Of a stretch of DNA of 64,000 bases, positions 12,311 through 25,984 are shown piece after piece. How positions within the stretch are numbered: position 1 is the first letter of the stretch; every line of letters starts with the position of its first letter. Source of the stretch: Felis catus (taxonomy: Eukaryota); NCBI RefSeq assembly GCF_018350175.1, contig NC_058368.1, positions 18,788,001 through 18,852,000 on the forward strand. Direction: 5' to 3'. The notes under the pieces were generated by a model, which worked only from the letters and a program-made list of their open reading frames with translations, did no database searches and had not been told where the DNA came from. A program made the position numbers and the translations under genes.

Positions 12311-12592
12311 AGGCATTTGCGTTACGATGATTTGCTTTACTAAATTATAAGCTTTTGAAGAATCATGTCTTACTGGTTTTTTGTTCCCACAGCCCTCAAC
12401 ACAATGTCACAAATATAGTAGATTCTTGACAATACTACTTGATATTTTTACACATTTGTTTTTAAAATGCTTTCAGATCTATTATTGTTAGAAGAATGTA
12501 TGCATGAATAATGACCAGCGTGTAATTCATGATTTCTGTGTATATCCCAAAGAGGTAGCTAAGTTGAACTCACTAAGGAACTCACCTTTAAT

Positions 12593-12819
12593 TTTTTTTT
12601 AACTTTTTTAATGTTTATTTATTCTTGAGAGAGAGAAAGTGAGAGAGACAGAGCACGAGCGGGAGAGGAGCAGAGAGAGAGGGAGACACAGAATCCAAAG
12701 CAGGCTCCAGGCTCCGAGGTGTCAGCACGGAGCCCGATGCGGGGTTCGAATCACGAGCCAGGAGATCATGACCTGAGCCGAAGTTGGAGGCTTGACCGAC
12801 TGAGCCACCCAGGCACCCC
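12593..12819 (-). mobile_element. Carnivore SINE
   Basis: 17-nt TSD aggaactca(c/a)ctttaat at 12576-12592 and 12821-12837. Confidence 0.94.
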
Positions 12820-13671
12820 TAGGAACTCAACTTTAATCTGCTTTTCGTTACGTGAGTCTACAGCCACTATTGGGCAAAATGCTTGGTCATTTAAGCTATG
12901 TCCCGTCACCACTTCTGACACAGGCTAATTATGTTTCGATTTGTGTGTTGGTGTTTCAGACCAAGCTGAATTTCCCTTGTCTCTCCTCTGGCCTGGACGG
13001 TGCTGGTCTATTATCATACACTGAGATAGCTGTCTGAAGTGAACAGCCTCCTCTTAATATTTTTCTCACACACTCTTAATATCACTCTCCGTCACCAGAC
13101 AAAAACTTCTGGAGCATGATACCCAGTCATGAGCACCGGGCCTCACTCGGCAAGACTGCAGCTCAGATCCGTGTGGGCAGGCTAACATGAAACATGTTGG
13201 TTGCCATGTACTTGGGAAGCCATCTTGGAATGAGCTGCCCATTAGTAAACTTGGAGTGGCTTCAGATGAAAAACAGTTATCAAAAGTAGCAAGGCTGGGA
13301 AAGAATGGTGGGGTGGGGGAGGCACTCTCCATCTTATTGACTGTATCAGGGGGAACAGTCACGAAACGCCAGTTTCTTTTATCCAGGAGGAGCCAAGAGG
13401 ACTTTTGCTCACGTCCACTGCTTCATACCTGAGCCTGAAGAAAAGTAATGGGTGAGTTGTCGTGTATAAGTAGGGCGACCACATGACACATCCAGACCAG
13501 CACACGTTTGAAAGTCAAAGAGGATCCTGTTAGTAACTACCATAGGGCGACAAGTGTATGTTGAGGCTGTCCTGAGAAAACCAGGATGCATAACCATTCT
13601 ATGGGAAACAGAATCCCTAGCTTAACACAATGGGGACTGGTAAGCTTTTATTAAATATGTGTGTGTCTTCA

Positions 13672-13899
13672 AACAGATGAACATAAGGGAAGGGAAACAA
13701 AAAGAATATAAAAACAGGGAGGGGGACAAAACAGAAGAGACTCATAAATAGGGAGAACAAACTGAGGGTTACTGGAGGGGTTGTGGGAGGGGGGATGGGC
13801 TAAATGGGTACGGGGCACTAAGGAATCTACTCCCGAAATCATTGTTGCACTATATGCTAACTAATTTGGATGTAAATTTTAAAAAATAAAATTAAAAAA
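13672..13899 (+). mobile_element. Severely 5'-truncated L1 (3'UTR only, ~230 bp)
   Basis: Nearly identical to ~5895-6120; perfect 19-nt TSD aaatatgtgtgtgtcttca at 13653-13671 and 13900-13918. Confidence 0.96.
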
Positions 13900-15229
13900 A
13901 AATATGTGTGTGTCTTCAGGAAAGCCCACAGCAATCCTTGGTGAGGTTTTGAGGAAAAGCAGACTGTTTTATAACTGAGTTAATGTGCAAAGGGATAGGA
14001 AGCTCTGGGTATGTTTATGGAAGGGCATCAAGGGCCAGGAAACAGAAGGAGGCACAGGCAGCCCTAATCCACGAAGACCAACCCAACCCCCTCCTCCGAT
14101 CGAGAAAGAGCGCAAACCCCTGCCTGTGAACCACCTGAATGGTGTGTGTCCCTCCAAAAGGGACTGCTACGCAGCATGGCTCATTAGTCTTTCAAATCTT
14201 AAACACTTTCTTCTTTCAAGTCAAAGCCAATTTTAAGTATTTTGTTTAATAGTTTCCTTCAGACATCTAGTCCCTTAGGTCATTTCCTTTTGAAAGACAC
14301 AAAGCTATGAAGAAGGAAAAATGGGGACTCTCACCAGGGAGGGTGTGTTCTCTGGGATAGTGCTCTTCTATGTTTATTTGGAAGCAGTTACAAACCCCAC
14401 CATCCACCCAAGCTGTCTCCATTTGGTCTGTAGTGGGAAACACCTCTTTGGCAACAAGTCATAATCCGGTATTATTTTTCCCATTCTACCAAGGAGGAAA
14501 TGGAGCCTTTGTAAGGGTCAGATGATTTAGTTAAATTTCGGGCTGGAGTCAGTACGCAGCCAGAGTCGGGATTACTCATGCAGGAGCCGCAGTCCTTCTC
14601 TTTCACCTTTAATGGGAATAGTCAACATCCTATTATAGGAGTGTTTATCCTGAATTCTTATTTTTTTCACACTGGGAAAGGCATCTCATGGTACCAATCT
14701 TTTCAAACCTAAAAAGTTAAAGGAGGAGGAAAGCCTTCCACATATCCATAGTGAAAGCAATGGTCTACAAGAAACCCACATGGAAGATCAGAGGTCATTA
14801 GATAAATCTATTATTTTATGGTAGAAGCTAGGAGGATCTGAGTAATCATTTCTACCTTGGAGTATCTGATGAGCGACGCACATTGAGTACTTAAGTTAGA
14901 ACCTGCCCCCAAAAGTGCTCAGCAGGGAGCGATTATTACTGCTATTGCTGTAAATATTAATAAGGAACAGCTTCACTCTAATGCTATGGGGAAAATGGAA
15001 AACGGGTGATACAAAGTAGGTCAGTGGCCTGCTAAAACCATCAACATCCCTGGGATTGTTCCAGGTAAAGTCCATTGGGCACCCACATAGTTGTTTCCCT
15101 TCATAGTTGGTCTCTTCATTATTTTCAACTAATGTATTTAAAGGAGATGATACAATTTCACCATTTTTATAACCCTAATGAAATAAGCATGATAACAATA
15201 ATGATCAGTGGCTGCTAACACCATAGAGA

Positions 15230-17280
15230 AGAGATACAACAAACATCATGTACTTCCCACCCTATATATTCACAGAATACTATGATGCCCTCTTTACAAA
15301 AAATGAACCCGAATATGATCACAACTCTAGATCTAACCACTAAATTTCAGGATACCCAGGGGATGAGAAATATATTAAAAGATCCCATGAAGATACAATC
15401 TGCGAAATCCAAACCATGGGATACTTTGCAAGACAAATGACCCAGTTTCTTCAACAGAGTGAAAAAAAAAAAAAAAAAAGGCAAGATACATACATTAAGA
15501 GAGACTCTTAGAGACATATCAAAATATCAATATGTGAATGTTATCTGGATTCTCATTCGAATTTTAAAAAACTATAAGAAGTTAGAAAATACTTGAGAAA
15601 ATTTTAATATTGTGCTGACTGGGTCCTTAATATTATGCTTGTTTTATTCTTTATGTGTGATGATGGTATTGCCATTATGATTTTGTTGTGGTTATTTTAG
15701 CTCTTGGTCCTATAGATAAAAAATAAAATTATTATTAGATGAAAACATATGAAAATACAGGGGTGGGTAAAAATTTCTTGGTGAAGACACAGAAGGCACA
15801 AACCATAAAGGAAAAAAGTTAATAAGCTGGACTTAAAAGTACTAGTTATCAAAAGACACTATCAAGAAAATAAGTAGCAGGTTGAGAGAAAATATGTGCT
15901 ACACCTATATCTGGAAACATAGAAAAGTAGATGATAGACAAGTAGAAAAATACCTATATCTTGTATCCACAATATATAATATATAATATGTCACATATTA
16001 TATATCATATATAAAGACTTCCTACAACTCAATAATAAAAAGACAAACAACCCAATCAAAAAAAAAAATGAGTAATACTTGAATAGACACTTCACAAAAG
16101 ATGTACAAAAGGCCTGTAAGCACAGGAAAAGGGATCACCATTATTAATCATCAGAGAAATGCAAATTCAAATTATGATGAGATACCACCATACTATAAGC
16201 AACAGAATGGTTAAAATAAAAAAAGATGAGGAGCGCTTGGGTGGCTCAGTTGGCTAAGCGTCCAACTTCGGCTCAGGTCATGATCTGGCGGTCTGTGAGT
16301 TCGAGCCCCACATTGGGCTCAGTGCTGTCAGCACAGAGTCTGCTTGGGATTCTCTGTCTCCCTCTCTCTCTGTCCCTCCCACACTGGCGCTCTCTCTCTC
16401 AAAAATAAATTTAAAAATTTTTAAGAAAAAATGAAAAAGGTGAAAAATACTAAATTTTGGAGAGGATGGGGAACAATCAGAACTCTCAGACATTGCTGGT
16501 GGAAGTGTAAAATGGAACAACCACTACGGAAAACCATTGGCATTTTCCTAAACAGGTAAACATACCTATGACCCTGCAATCCCAGTCCTAGGTATTTACT
16601 CAAGTGAAATAAAAATATATGTCTAGAGACACAGCTTTACTCACACTAGTCAAAAACTGAAAACAGCACAGAACAACAGAAGAATGGATTGACCGATTAG
16701 CATAGCTATACAATGGAATACTATCAAGAATACAAGGGACCAAAATACTGATACAAACAACGACATGGCTGAATCTCAAAAATAATACACTAAGTGAACT
16801 AAGCCAGGAGCTACAAAGTACAGAATTATGATCTCACTTATATGAAATTCTCAAATAGGCAAAAATTACCAGTAGCAATAAAAATCAGATCAATGGTTGC
16901 TTCTCAACGCAGGGAAATGACTGAGAAGGGGCACGAAGGGACAGGAAGATAAAAACATGATGTACCTTGACATGAAGTTGTCAAACCGAATGGTTTGAAC
17001 GATCTGAATGTATGTAAGTTACAGGTCAATAAAAATACTTTAATACTTAAAAGAATCCTTCCCTATATAATTAGATAGATATACATTTTAAACAGGTGAA
17101 ATTATGTGCTCTATGGAGTTTTCTTCAAAATAACCCAGTGCTATTAAGGGTGGGTATATAAAAAACAAGTCTGGCCATGAGTTGATCATTGTTCAACCCA
17201 GGTGATGCATACGCGGAGGACCATTGTACTTTTTATTCTCTCTGCTTTTGTTTACGTTGGAAATTTTCCATGACAAAGAG
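15230..17280 (+). mobile_element. Nested old L1 fragments (L1ME/MC-like 3'UTR interrupted by an L1MA/MB-like ORF2 end at ~15770-17035)
   Basis: cctacaactcaataataaaaagacaaacaacccaatc; tcagagaaatgcaaattcaa; cctatgaccctgcaatcccagtcctaggtatttac; older-type 3' end ggaaattttccatgacaaa at ~17260. Confidence 0.75.
16230..16429 (+). mobile_element. Carnivore SINE inside old L1
   Basis: Head, body, (CT)n, A-rich tail; imperfect TSD aataaaaaaagatga / aatgaaaaaggtga. Confidence 0.9.
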
Positions 17281-17867
17281 TGGGGGGGGGGTAGTGAGGG
17301 ACAGAGGGAAAGAGAGGTGAAGGGAGGGAGGGTCCAACACCAAGATCTGTGTCAACAGTCCTGAGGACATCTCTGAACATCAACTTGGCTCAATCACACA
17401 TATTGCTTGTGATGACCCTGCCTCATCAGAAAAGGTCAAACGGAACTGGATAGGTTCTTTTTGCAACAGGAGATTTATGTCCTACTTTTGGGGACACTCT
17501 TCAAACAAACTAGAAAAAGTCCAGGCAGCCATAGGGGCGGCAGCTTCCAGTGACCCGGAATGTTCCCTTGTATGGAACAGAGCTCAGCCTGAGGACACCA
17601 CCCAAATGAAGTTGTCAGTGCATCATCATGATGGGGTGTCTGACCCTGCCCCAGGGCTGCTCACACTGTGGCCCTTGCTCCTCACCAGGGCTTTGGAAGA
17701 GAGGCTCCCTACCCTGGAGCTGCAGCAGACCCAGCCCAGGAGCAAGGAGCTGCTGGCCCAGCCTGGGCCACAGTGGTCTGTACGGCAAGCCCATCTTAGC
17801 CACACCAACTGGGTCCAGCTTACGTTCCTTCAGAGATTTTGCAAGATGAGCTGTTTCTCTCCTGCGG

Positions 17868-17868
<1 letters not shown>

Positions 17869-17916
<48 letters not shown>
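17869..17916. repeat. (TA)n microsatellite
   Basis: About 24 TA units. Confidence 0.97.
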
Positions 17917-17920
<4 letters not shown>

Positions 17921-18293
17921 CCCCAAAGCCTCATTTTCAATGGAAAACAGATCCTTCACGGACTAGGTTATTTTCCTCAGACCTGGAAGCATTTAGCTCA
18001 ACCATGCGGTCACTCTGGATCAAATCGGCTGTGTCTCCAGGTCTGTCTCTTGGTTCCAGCTGCTTGCAAGCCGCTCTACAGCGTTGTTCAGGGATAGAGC
18101 CTCATGCTGGTGAGAAGCCGAACCAGGCCTTGGCTCGTAAACACTAGAGGACAGGGGCCAGTCTGGTCAACCCATTTACCCAGCACTCACCACAGGTTAG
18201 GCAGATAATAAAACCTTTGATGGATGATGGACATTTTAGTTTCAGGGTCTGTTATCAGCTCAGTATTTTTCTGATCCAAGTAGCCTATTTTTA

Positions 18294-18532
18294 TTTTATT
18301 TTTTTTTTAATTTTTTTTTCAACGTTTTTTATTTATTTTTGGGACAGAGAGAGACAGAGCATGAATGGGGGAGGGGCAGAGAGAGAGGGAGACACAGAAT
18401 CGGAAACAGGCTCCAGGCTCCAGGCTCTGAGCCATCAGCCCAGAGCCTGACACGGGGCTCGAACTCACGGACCGCGAGATCGTGACCTGGCTGAAGTTGG
18501 ATGGTTAACCGACTGCGCCACCCAGGCGCCCC
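18294..18532 (-). mobile_element. Young SINEC_Fc SINE
   Basis: Head GGGGCGCCTGGGTGGCGCAGTCGG, tail AAAATAAATAAAAAACGTTGAAAA; perfect 17-nt TSD caagtagcctattttta at 18277-18293 and 18533-18549; internal 7-nt duplication ctccagg. Confidence 0.95.
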
Positions 18533-18784
18533 CAAGTAGCCTATTTTTAAAGAATACTTCATGACGTCTTTCTGGTAAAGTCAACCTGATTCCGCAGCTG
18601 AAGACAGTAGGAGACTTTGAGCCTCATGAGGGTGGCTGACGGGTCTGTCCCTGTCCCGTTCACCACACAGGGCTTCCCTAGCACTCTACAGAGGGCCCGA
18701 GACATGGGATATAACTAATTTTATCGGATGGAAAATGAATGAATACCAATAATACCAATGAATATTACAGCAACTTCATAGACT

Positions 18785-18950
18785 GGCGGTGGTTCCCAAA
18801 CAGCGCTGTTCATAAACATCACCTGGAATAGTTAAAATGCAGATTTCTCGGCCATCACACCCCCACTACAGATTCTGAGCCCACAGTTCCGGGAAAGAGC
18901 CCCAGAAGTGGCACTTCTCCAAATCTTTCCAAATAATCCTGCTGCCCACA
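18785..18950. mobile_element. MER5-like hAT-Charlie fossil
   Basis: gtggttcccaaac...catcacctggaatagttaaaatgcagatttctcggcc. Confidence 0.6.
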
Positions 18951-19089
18951 GTCAGTAGCTCCCCCTCTCAGTAATGCTATGTCTCACGTCGGCAGGTTTC
19001 CTCAGGGTCTCCACTAACAAAACTCCCCTACAAAGGGGACATTTTCCCCTAGTCCAGGCTCCATATACAGTGGGTTTGCTCTGTTTTTA

Positions 19090-19424
19090 AAAAAATTTTT
19101 TAGATTATTTTGTTTTTTATTTATTTTTAAGTTTATTTATTTATTTTGAGAGAGAGACAGAGAGAGAGAGAGGAAGGGGCAGAGAGAGGGAGACAGAGGA
19201 TCCCGAGCAGGCTCTGCACTGTCAGTACAGGTCCCAAGGTGGGGCTCGAACCCACGAACTGTCAGATCATGACCTGAGCTGAAGTCAGAGGCCTAACTGA
19301 CTGAGCTGCCCAGGTACCCCATTTTTATTTTTATTTGTAATCTCTACCCCCCATGTGGGGCTCAGACTCACAACCCCGAGATCAAGAATAGCATACTCCA
19401 CTGACTGAGCCGGCCAGGTGCCCC
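19090..19424 (-). mobile_element. SINE pair: short SINE (19321-19424) with a full SINE (19090-19320) in its tail
   Basis: Two heads ending caggtacccc and caggtgcccc; imperfect outer TSD tttgctctgtttttaa / tctgctctttttaa. Confidence 0.88.
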
Positions 19425-19615
19425 TCTGCTCTTTTTAATTCAAAGGGAAGCAAAGGAATCTACATTGGCAGATGCTGGGGATCCTCGGATGGAAGGTACT
19501 ACAAATGCTAAGTGCTACTAAGCTCACAAAACCTTCTGAAAACAAGCCTTTCCTAATAACCCATCCACTTTTCTTAATTATAGTTTTTCTTCCACAAGTC
19601 TTAGAAATGTCCTGG

Positions 19616-19617
<2 letters not shown>

Positions 19618-19660
<43 letters not shown>
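19618..19660. repeat. (CA)n microsatellite
   Basis: About 21 CA units. Confidence 0.97.
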
Positions 19661-19661
<1 letters not shown>

Positions 19662-22606
19662 TGGCTCAGTTCGCAGAGAAATACTCAATTCCAACGCTTT
19701 CTTTGTGCCAGTCAATGACTAGCACTGCTACGTTCAAACATTTCATATTTGGGACTTCTATTCTCTGGAATCTCAAAGATGACAGAAGACCTCCCCCTGT
19801 CACTCACGTTGGCAAGCTCACCCTCCAGTGGCACACCGGCAGCTCCCTTCCCAAGCAGGGACAATTAAGACAAAGGCATGCTTCATTTCAAGACGTTTAG
19901 GTCAACCAGCATCTTTGGGACCCATAGCTGATCCAAACTTCTTTCTGCTGTCAACTACATTAAGAAATTCTAACCCTGGAGGGAGTGTTATTGTCCATAA
20001 TAAAGACCGAATTTTCATTCACTCAATTCAGATCAGTTTCTCCGACACTCAGATCCAGGAGGGGGAAGATGGCTGGGTGCTGAGCCAACTCTTTCAGCAA
20101 AGGAAGGTAACTCAGACTCCAAAAGTATTACACAACAGAATGCCCAGTCCTGGAAACATTCCGAAGCCTTTTTTTAGTTACCCAGAAATGACAAAGGAAA
20201 TTATTTACTCCAGGAAGGTTTGCAGATTGGTGTGGCCGCAAGATCCAAGAATGCATTTTTCTTATGTCTTCCTCCCTAGCCCTACTCTTGCCAGTGACCA
20301 AGTGACAGCAGAATTATTGCTCGTCATCTATTTTTTTAATCATGTGATTTTCTCACAAGAGACAAGGACAATTGTTGTTTCCAAAAAAAAAGGCACATGA
20401 TGGTTACATGAGATTCCATACAGCTGTTAAATGCTTCCAGCCTGTCCTATTCAGGGTTTTGAAAATTATTCATGCTTTTAATGGAATATCAATTATTTAA
20501 GACAGAAAAAAAAAGTCAGAAGGGAAATGGAACCTTCAAGAGAACACTAATTAAAAGTATAGCACATAGGGCTTGAAGCATTTTGAGATCTCCTAAGATA
20601 TATTTACAGGGAAAAATGACATTTTCTATTCAGGGTATGTTTTAGCCCAACTTCACCAGGATTTCTAAACAAAACTGCCTGACTTCAGGAAAGGTCTCCC
20701 TTTTACCAAGTCATTGTTTCGGTGTGGTGAACTGAAGTAGGAGAAACTTTTTGTCTCGTAAGGGAGAAAAGTACCTTCCTTTCAAAATATTTTGTTTGAA
20801 AAATATCTGAAGAGGTCCAATTAATTTCAAAATGATATTCTTAAAACTCAGAACGCAAAATCCCCACGTTTTATCCAATTCCATTTGGTAGGGGAGAAGT
20901 AGAGGCAGCCCAATGACACAAGACTTAAGGCAAAACTTACAAATGACAGTGTTTCTTTCTTTTCCAGGTGAGGTTCTGTGAAAACAAATTAGCAACTAAG
21001 GGGTGAGCAGTTGGCCTCTCCCCCTCCTCCCCCCCCTCCCGTTTTTTTAAACTGAGAGAGTCTGACTTTTAGGATTAGCACAACCTGTTTCCACGGCATG
21101 CAACTCTTCCTGGGGGTGGGCCGATGAACTGGCATTACGTTCTCAATGGCAATTCTGGAGGTGGGTGCCGTGAGGAAAACCAATCATCTCTTATAGGCAT
21201 TTCGTCATTGGTCATAGCCCGTCTCTCGCCTTTGAGCTTCCCTTGGTTGAAGAAAGCAAATAGCACCTCCAGACTTGTCAAAATACCTTGGACTTCTGGG
21301 TCTGCTTTTAATTTGTTGGAATGTTGGCAGACGCAGACTGGCTCATGAAAGAACGCCTTTGGCTGTGTCCAGTGGTCAAGTGCGCAGGCCAGTTGCTTTA
21401 GGCTCACTGGGAGCTTGGTGATGGCCCAAGTCAGTCAGGCCTGGCGCTGAACTTGTCGGTAGGATGGCTACAGGCCTGCCTCAGGAGGGCTACTGAGGAT
21501 TATTATTATTCAGCTAGAGCTCAACACAGCCACATGTGTGTATTGGGGAAAGGAGCCCTGAAACTCAGCTAGCCCACCTGTTCAAGTCACTCCTCTGATA
21601 GGAGAGGGTGGGGAGGGCTTGAAGGGTAGGGAAGGGAAGGCTTTGAGCTGTACCTTGGTTAATAAGGAAAGGAAAAGGACATTCCCGATTAACAAACCTT
21701 CCAGCAGGTGAAAAGGCTGGTGGAGAAAGGCAGGAGAAGGAAAGAAAGGCTGGGAAGGACCTTACATGCTTGAGATTAAACTATGACCTTCTGGCCCAAG
21801 GAAGCTTCTCCTGGGGGCAGGGCCCCTGAGGGCTCTCACCCACGGGGGTCTCTTGGTACAACCATTGTGAAGTGAGAGCTCCAGGAAGTAAAAACCAAGC
21901 AGCGGTTATTCACTGGTGGAGTGAACATACAATCAACTGCCCAAACCTGAACCCTTCGGAGTGATAAGAGCAGCACTAACAATTACTCTGGGCACAAGTT
22001 GCCCAAACCTGTCTTGGGCAAACCAGAATGTTTGGTCACCCCAATTTCGCGAGCTCTGTGTGCCAGGCGTGGTGATGGGGTCTTCACTCGGGCCATTGAA
22101 TTTCCCCCACTCATTCCAGTAAGTAGACCCCTGGGTGACAACCCTTGAGGGGTCTCAAACCAGAACTGGAATCCTTCTGCCTTCCACTTCCAGCTCCAGA
22201 ATCTTTTTCTTCCAAGTTTAAAAACCCTGTTTTGATGCTTGGGGCATCTAGCCACTCTATCGTGTACCTTCCCAGCCACTGATCCAGCTGTTACCTGCCT
22301 CCCATTTTCTCCCCAAAGTTACATGCTTTGGCCCTTGAATTTGAGACTGCCACTGCACCCAGGTCCTGCTGCTTCCCCTCTCGTTGGCTCGGAGTCTAAT
22401 GTGCACGCCCCACGCGACCACCAGGCCTTATCTCCCCTGACCTCTTCCACTGCTGGGGCCGGTACCTCACTGCCACTCAGTCACCCACTGTGCTGACCAC
22501 ACCCTGGGCCTCACAACTTCCTGTTCTCCGTCTCCCCTATTCCCATTCTACCCGTTTGTTCTAGGTCACCCAAACCTCCGGTCCCCTGGTGCCTTTATGA
22601 CACTGT

Positions 22607-23273
22607 CAGTGGTGTGCTGGTCAATATTTAACCCGCTCTTTGGAGAAGTTAATATATGCCTGGATAGACGTAAGTTTATGATGAATTTACCACCATGAAG
22701 GATGTGTAGCATTCAATTCACACATAATAAAATATACCATCCTCTCTACTGTAAGTTCTATCAGGCCAATTGATTCTCGCAAAATGCTTTCATAGGCTGT
22801 TGCCAAACTCTTTTACTTGGAGCCAACATATCATGGCGACTCGGCCGGGATTTGATGAATGGACTTCCATCCCAGTCGACTCCTTTCTCAATAAGTTTAT
22901 TTTCTCAGCAAATTTAACTGATATGACTTACCGTGAAACCTTTTCTCACCCTCATTCAAATTATATTCATTAAACTGAAACTGTGTTCAGCTTCAGCAGA
23001 GCAGTAGCAGGCCATTAAACAATAATCCCACCAGACAGAGACAGGTAACATAAATACCTCAAGGGCAGACGAGAGTACACTGTCATACATTAGGACAAAA
23101 GTCGTTAGTGATGAGTTCTGAGCATTTACTACCTTCTTCTCAATATGAATCAATAGTAAGTTTATCTAATCTGATTGTGAACAATGGTGGTATTTAAAAT
23201 CGGCTCTCAAACTTCTGGCAAATTTAACCATCAATTCTCATGAACCAGAAGATCAGGCTCCTGCACATCACTG
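22607..23273. mobile_element. MER63-like hAT-Blackjack DNA transposon
   Basis: TIRs cagtggtgtgctgg (22607-22620) and cctgcacatcactg (23260-23273), 12/14 complementary; 8-bp TSD not preserved. Confidence 0.75.
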
Positions 23274-25776
23274 TGGCCTCCTCAACATCAGGCCTCTCCT
23301 CTCTGCCCTTCTCCCTAGCACACAAAGGCATGGCCTAAAAGGGGCACATGGCGTTGGGGGCCTCCACGGTCTACTGGGAGCACACGACCAGGGTGAGGTC
23401 AAGGTCAAGAAGCCTAAAATGTCTTTAAATTTTCTCAGTATGGGTCCATGGAGAACTTCGTGGGAAACCATGATCACAGGTAGTTTGTACTGGCCACATT
23501 ATAGGTTTACAACCTACTAAGCACTTCTGGAGTTACCAAGAAAAGAAAAAGTACGGGTCTGGCCAACTGTCCACACTCCCCTGCTGAAGAGATAGAAGAG
23601 TGCAAATAAAAATGCAGAGAGAGGATGGAAATGAACCCAGTGGCTCTCCCACTCATCCTGCAGGAAATGCTGACTGTCCAGAAGCCCCATTAAGGAAACA
23701 AATCCCCAAAGCCTACTATTACCTACACTGACACCAACTCACATGTACAAGGTCTTTCTCCCGGACACAGGAAGCCATCTGCAGACATTACCTCATCCTC
23801 TAATCCTCGCATCAAACCTGGAAGGCAGGTGGTAGAAGGTATCCTCAACTTTCCTTATCTACAGGCCAATCGCTGCCCACACATCAGAACAGATCGCATT
23901 CTGCAGGCGTAAGTGTCCTGAAACCAGCACAAACCAAGCAATGGGCACTTCTGCTCATGTTCTGCAACCAGGCACTGAAAAGCAGAATGGACCTCCTGTC
24001 TATCCCAATACATCACAGGGAAAGAAAACTTGGGTTTAAAATGGGCCACTGTGAGCTCAATTCTAAGCAGCGATCTCAGCTAAGGTCATCCAGCCATTTC
24101 CCTACGGTTACAGTCCCAAGGATGTTTGCAGAAACTCTAGCAGTACAAAAACCCAACACGGCTCCCAGGCTACCATCTGCCACTTTTAAGTTTCATGGCA
24201 ATTCTGAAAAGTTGTTCACGGAGGGAATGAGACGGAAAGAATGAGTGACTTCGCCCTCACAAAGCTGCCCTCTCTCTTCCTGGAGGAGGTAAATCCCCGC
24301 TTTCCACCAGTGGTTTCCAGTGCAAACTTCTTGCACTTTTCGAAGACACCAACGTGGTAAAGGTACTGATGCCAAGAAATTGCATTTAGCCTTTTGAGTC
24401 CATGGGAGACTGGGAGGCAGGGGTAGGGGAGCAGATACTTTCCTGCCACCAGTCAAGCTGAGAAAAGTTGGCCCTGATCTCCTTTCCTTCCTTCTTCCTG
24501 TAACAGCCACAGGCTCTCAGCGTGGCGCTTCCCCCTCTCACAGCCATACTGCTAAAGCCAGGCGTCCGCGTAAGAAAGCCTCCTCCCCCCAGCCACCTGC
24601 AGTAACTAAAAGTTCTCTTGAACTTCTGGATGTCCGTGCCACTCTGTAGGTCCCTGTAGTCAAAGCATCCAGACACCTTCGGTTCACACCTCAGCTGTCC
24701 CCATTTCACATCTGGTTTCCTGATCCATCACCTGCTACCAAGGGGACTCCTTGGCCTTCTTATACTCCCACCAGCTTACATACCTCCCTCCCTTTCCATT
24801 CCACAGAAATGTCACTCGTTTTCCAGTTTAAGTAACCGGAAAACATCCTCGAGTCTGTGTACAGAAGTTATCACCAGTGTCATTTTTACACCAATAATGA
24901 AATAGCAAAATTGACCTAAGGACACCTAGGACTACACCCCCTTTTAGAGGTCATGGCCCAACCCAGCTGCAGGTTCATGGGCCTGTAATGAGCACTAACA
25001 GATGATAAAAAGTTCAACGTGTATGCGATGGCGTCTAACTCAGAGACTGCCACTTAGTGCAGATACACGTCTGAGAGCAGTACTCCACCCACCTAACCAC
25101 ACCAACCAGTGTACGTTTAGCCAGCACCTGTTAGGGGTCTGCTCAAACATGAAGAAACGGGAGCTAGGGCAGAGTCCCTCAGTGTGGCAGGCTCGGTGGC
25201 CAAGAAACAACCCTAGGTACACATCCCGATTCTAGTGTCGGCGGCCTGGTCACAGCAAGGACCTATATGCCACCAAAGAAGTGTCTCCTTTTACGTTAAG
25301 CACTGAGCTCCAGCCCAGGATTCTGTCTGCGAAATCTTCCTGCTGAGTTGCTTCCTCTTATCAAGTGATGTTAAACCTTGGGAACTGGTCCCGATACGTG
25401 ACATCAGATATACGATTCTGTGTATGTGTATGGAGGGCTATGAAAGGAGCCTGCCGGCTTGAGTCCTGGTGGTACAATCAGGGCATTTTTCTGCACGTGG
25501 GCTAGGTGCATGAGCCCCAGGGTCTGGGAGAAGATGCCTTTCTTTATCTGCTCTATGCTCTAGGCTATCATGTGTTTTAAAGAAAGGGTTCTATTTGCTG
25601 GAAGGAAGGGGAAACAAACAAACCCTGAAAAGCTAGACTGACCTTCTGGTGTCTAAACAGATAAACATTAGAATAACCTATTTCCTTGTTGCTACTCTAA
25701 CCCATTCATTCACTTGCCTTGTAACGGAGTCAGAAGCAAGGAGACCGGGCTTTTCCTGGTTTGAAAATGCGTTTTA

Positions 25777-25984
25777 GGGGCGCCTGGGTGGCTCAGTTGG
25801 CTGAGCATCCAACTTCGGCTCAGGTCATGATCTTGTGCTTTGTGAGTTCCAGCTCTGTGTCAGACTCTGCTGACAGCTCAGAGCCTGGATGCCTGCTTTG
25901 GAATCTGTGACTCCCTCTCTCTCTGCCTTTCTTCTGCTCATGCTGTCTCTCAAAAAATAAATACATGCTAAAAAAATTTTTTTT
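25777..25984 (+). mobile_element. Carnivore SINE
   Basis: ggggcgcctgggtggctcag head through A-rich tail. Confidence 0.92.

Noticed and set aside
17477..18147. 206-aa and overlapping ORFs with IYIYIY runs; likewise 19472, 46079 and 59153
   Set aside because: Frames are held open by microsatellites; no recognisable domain.
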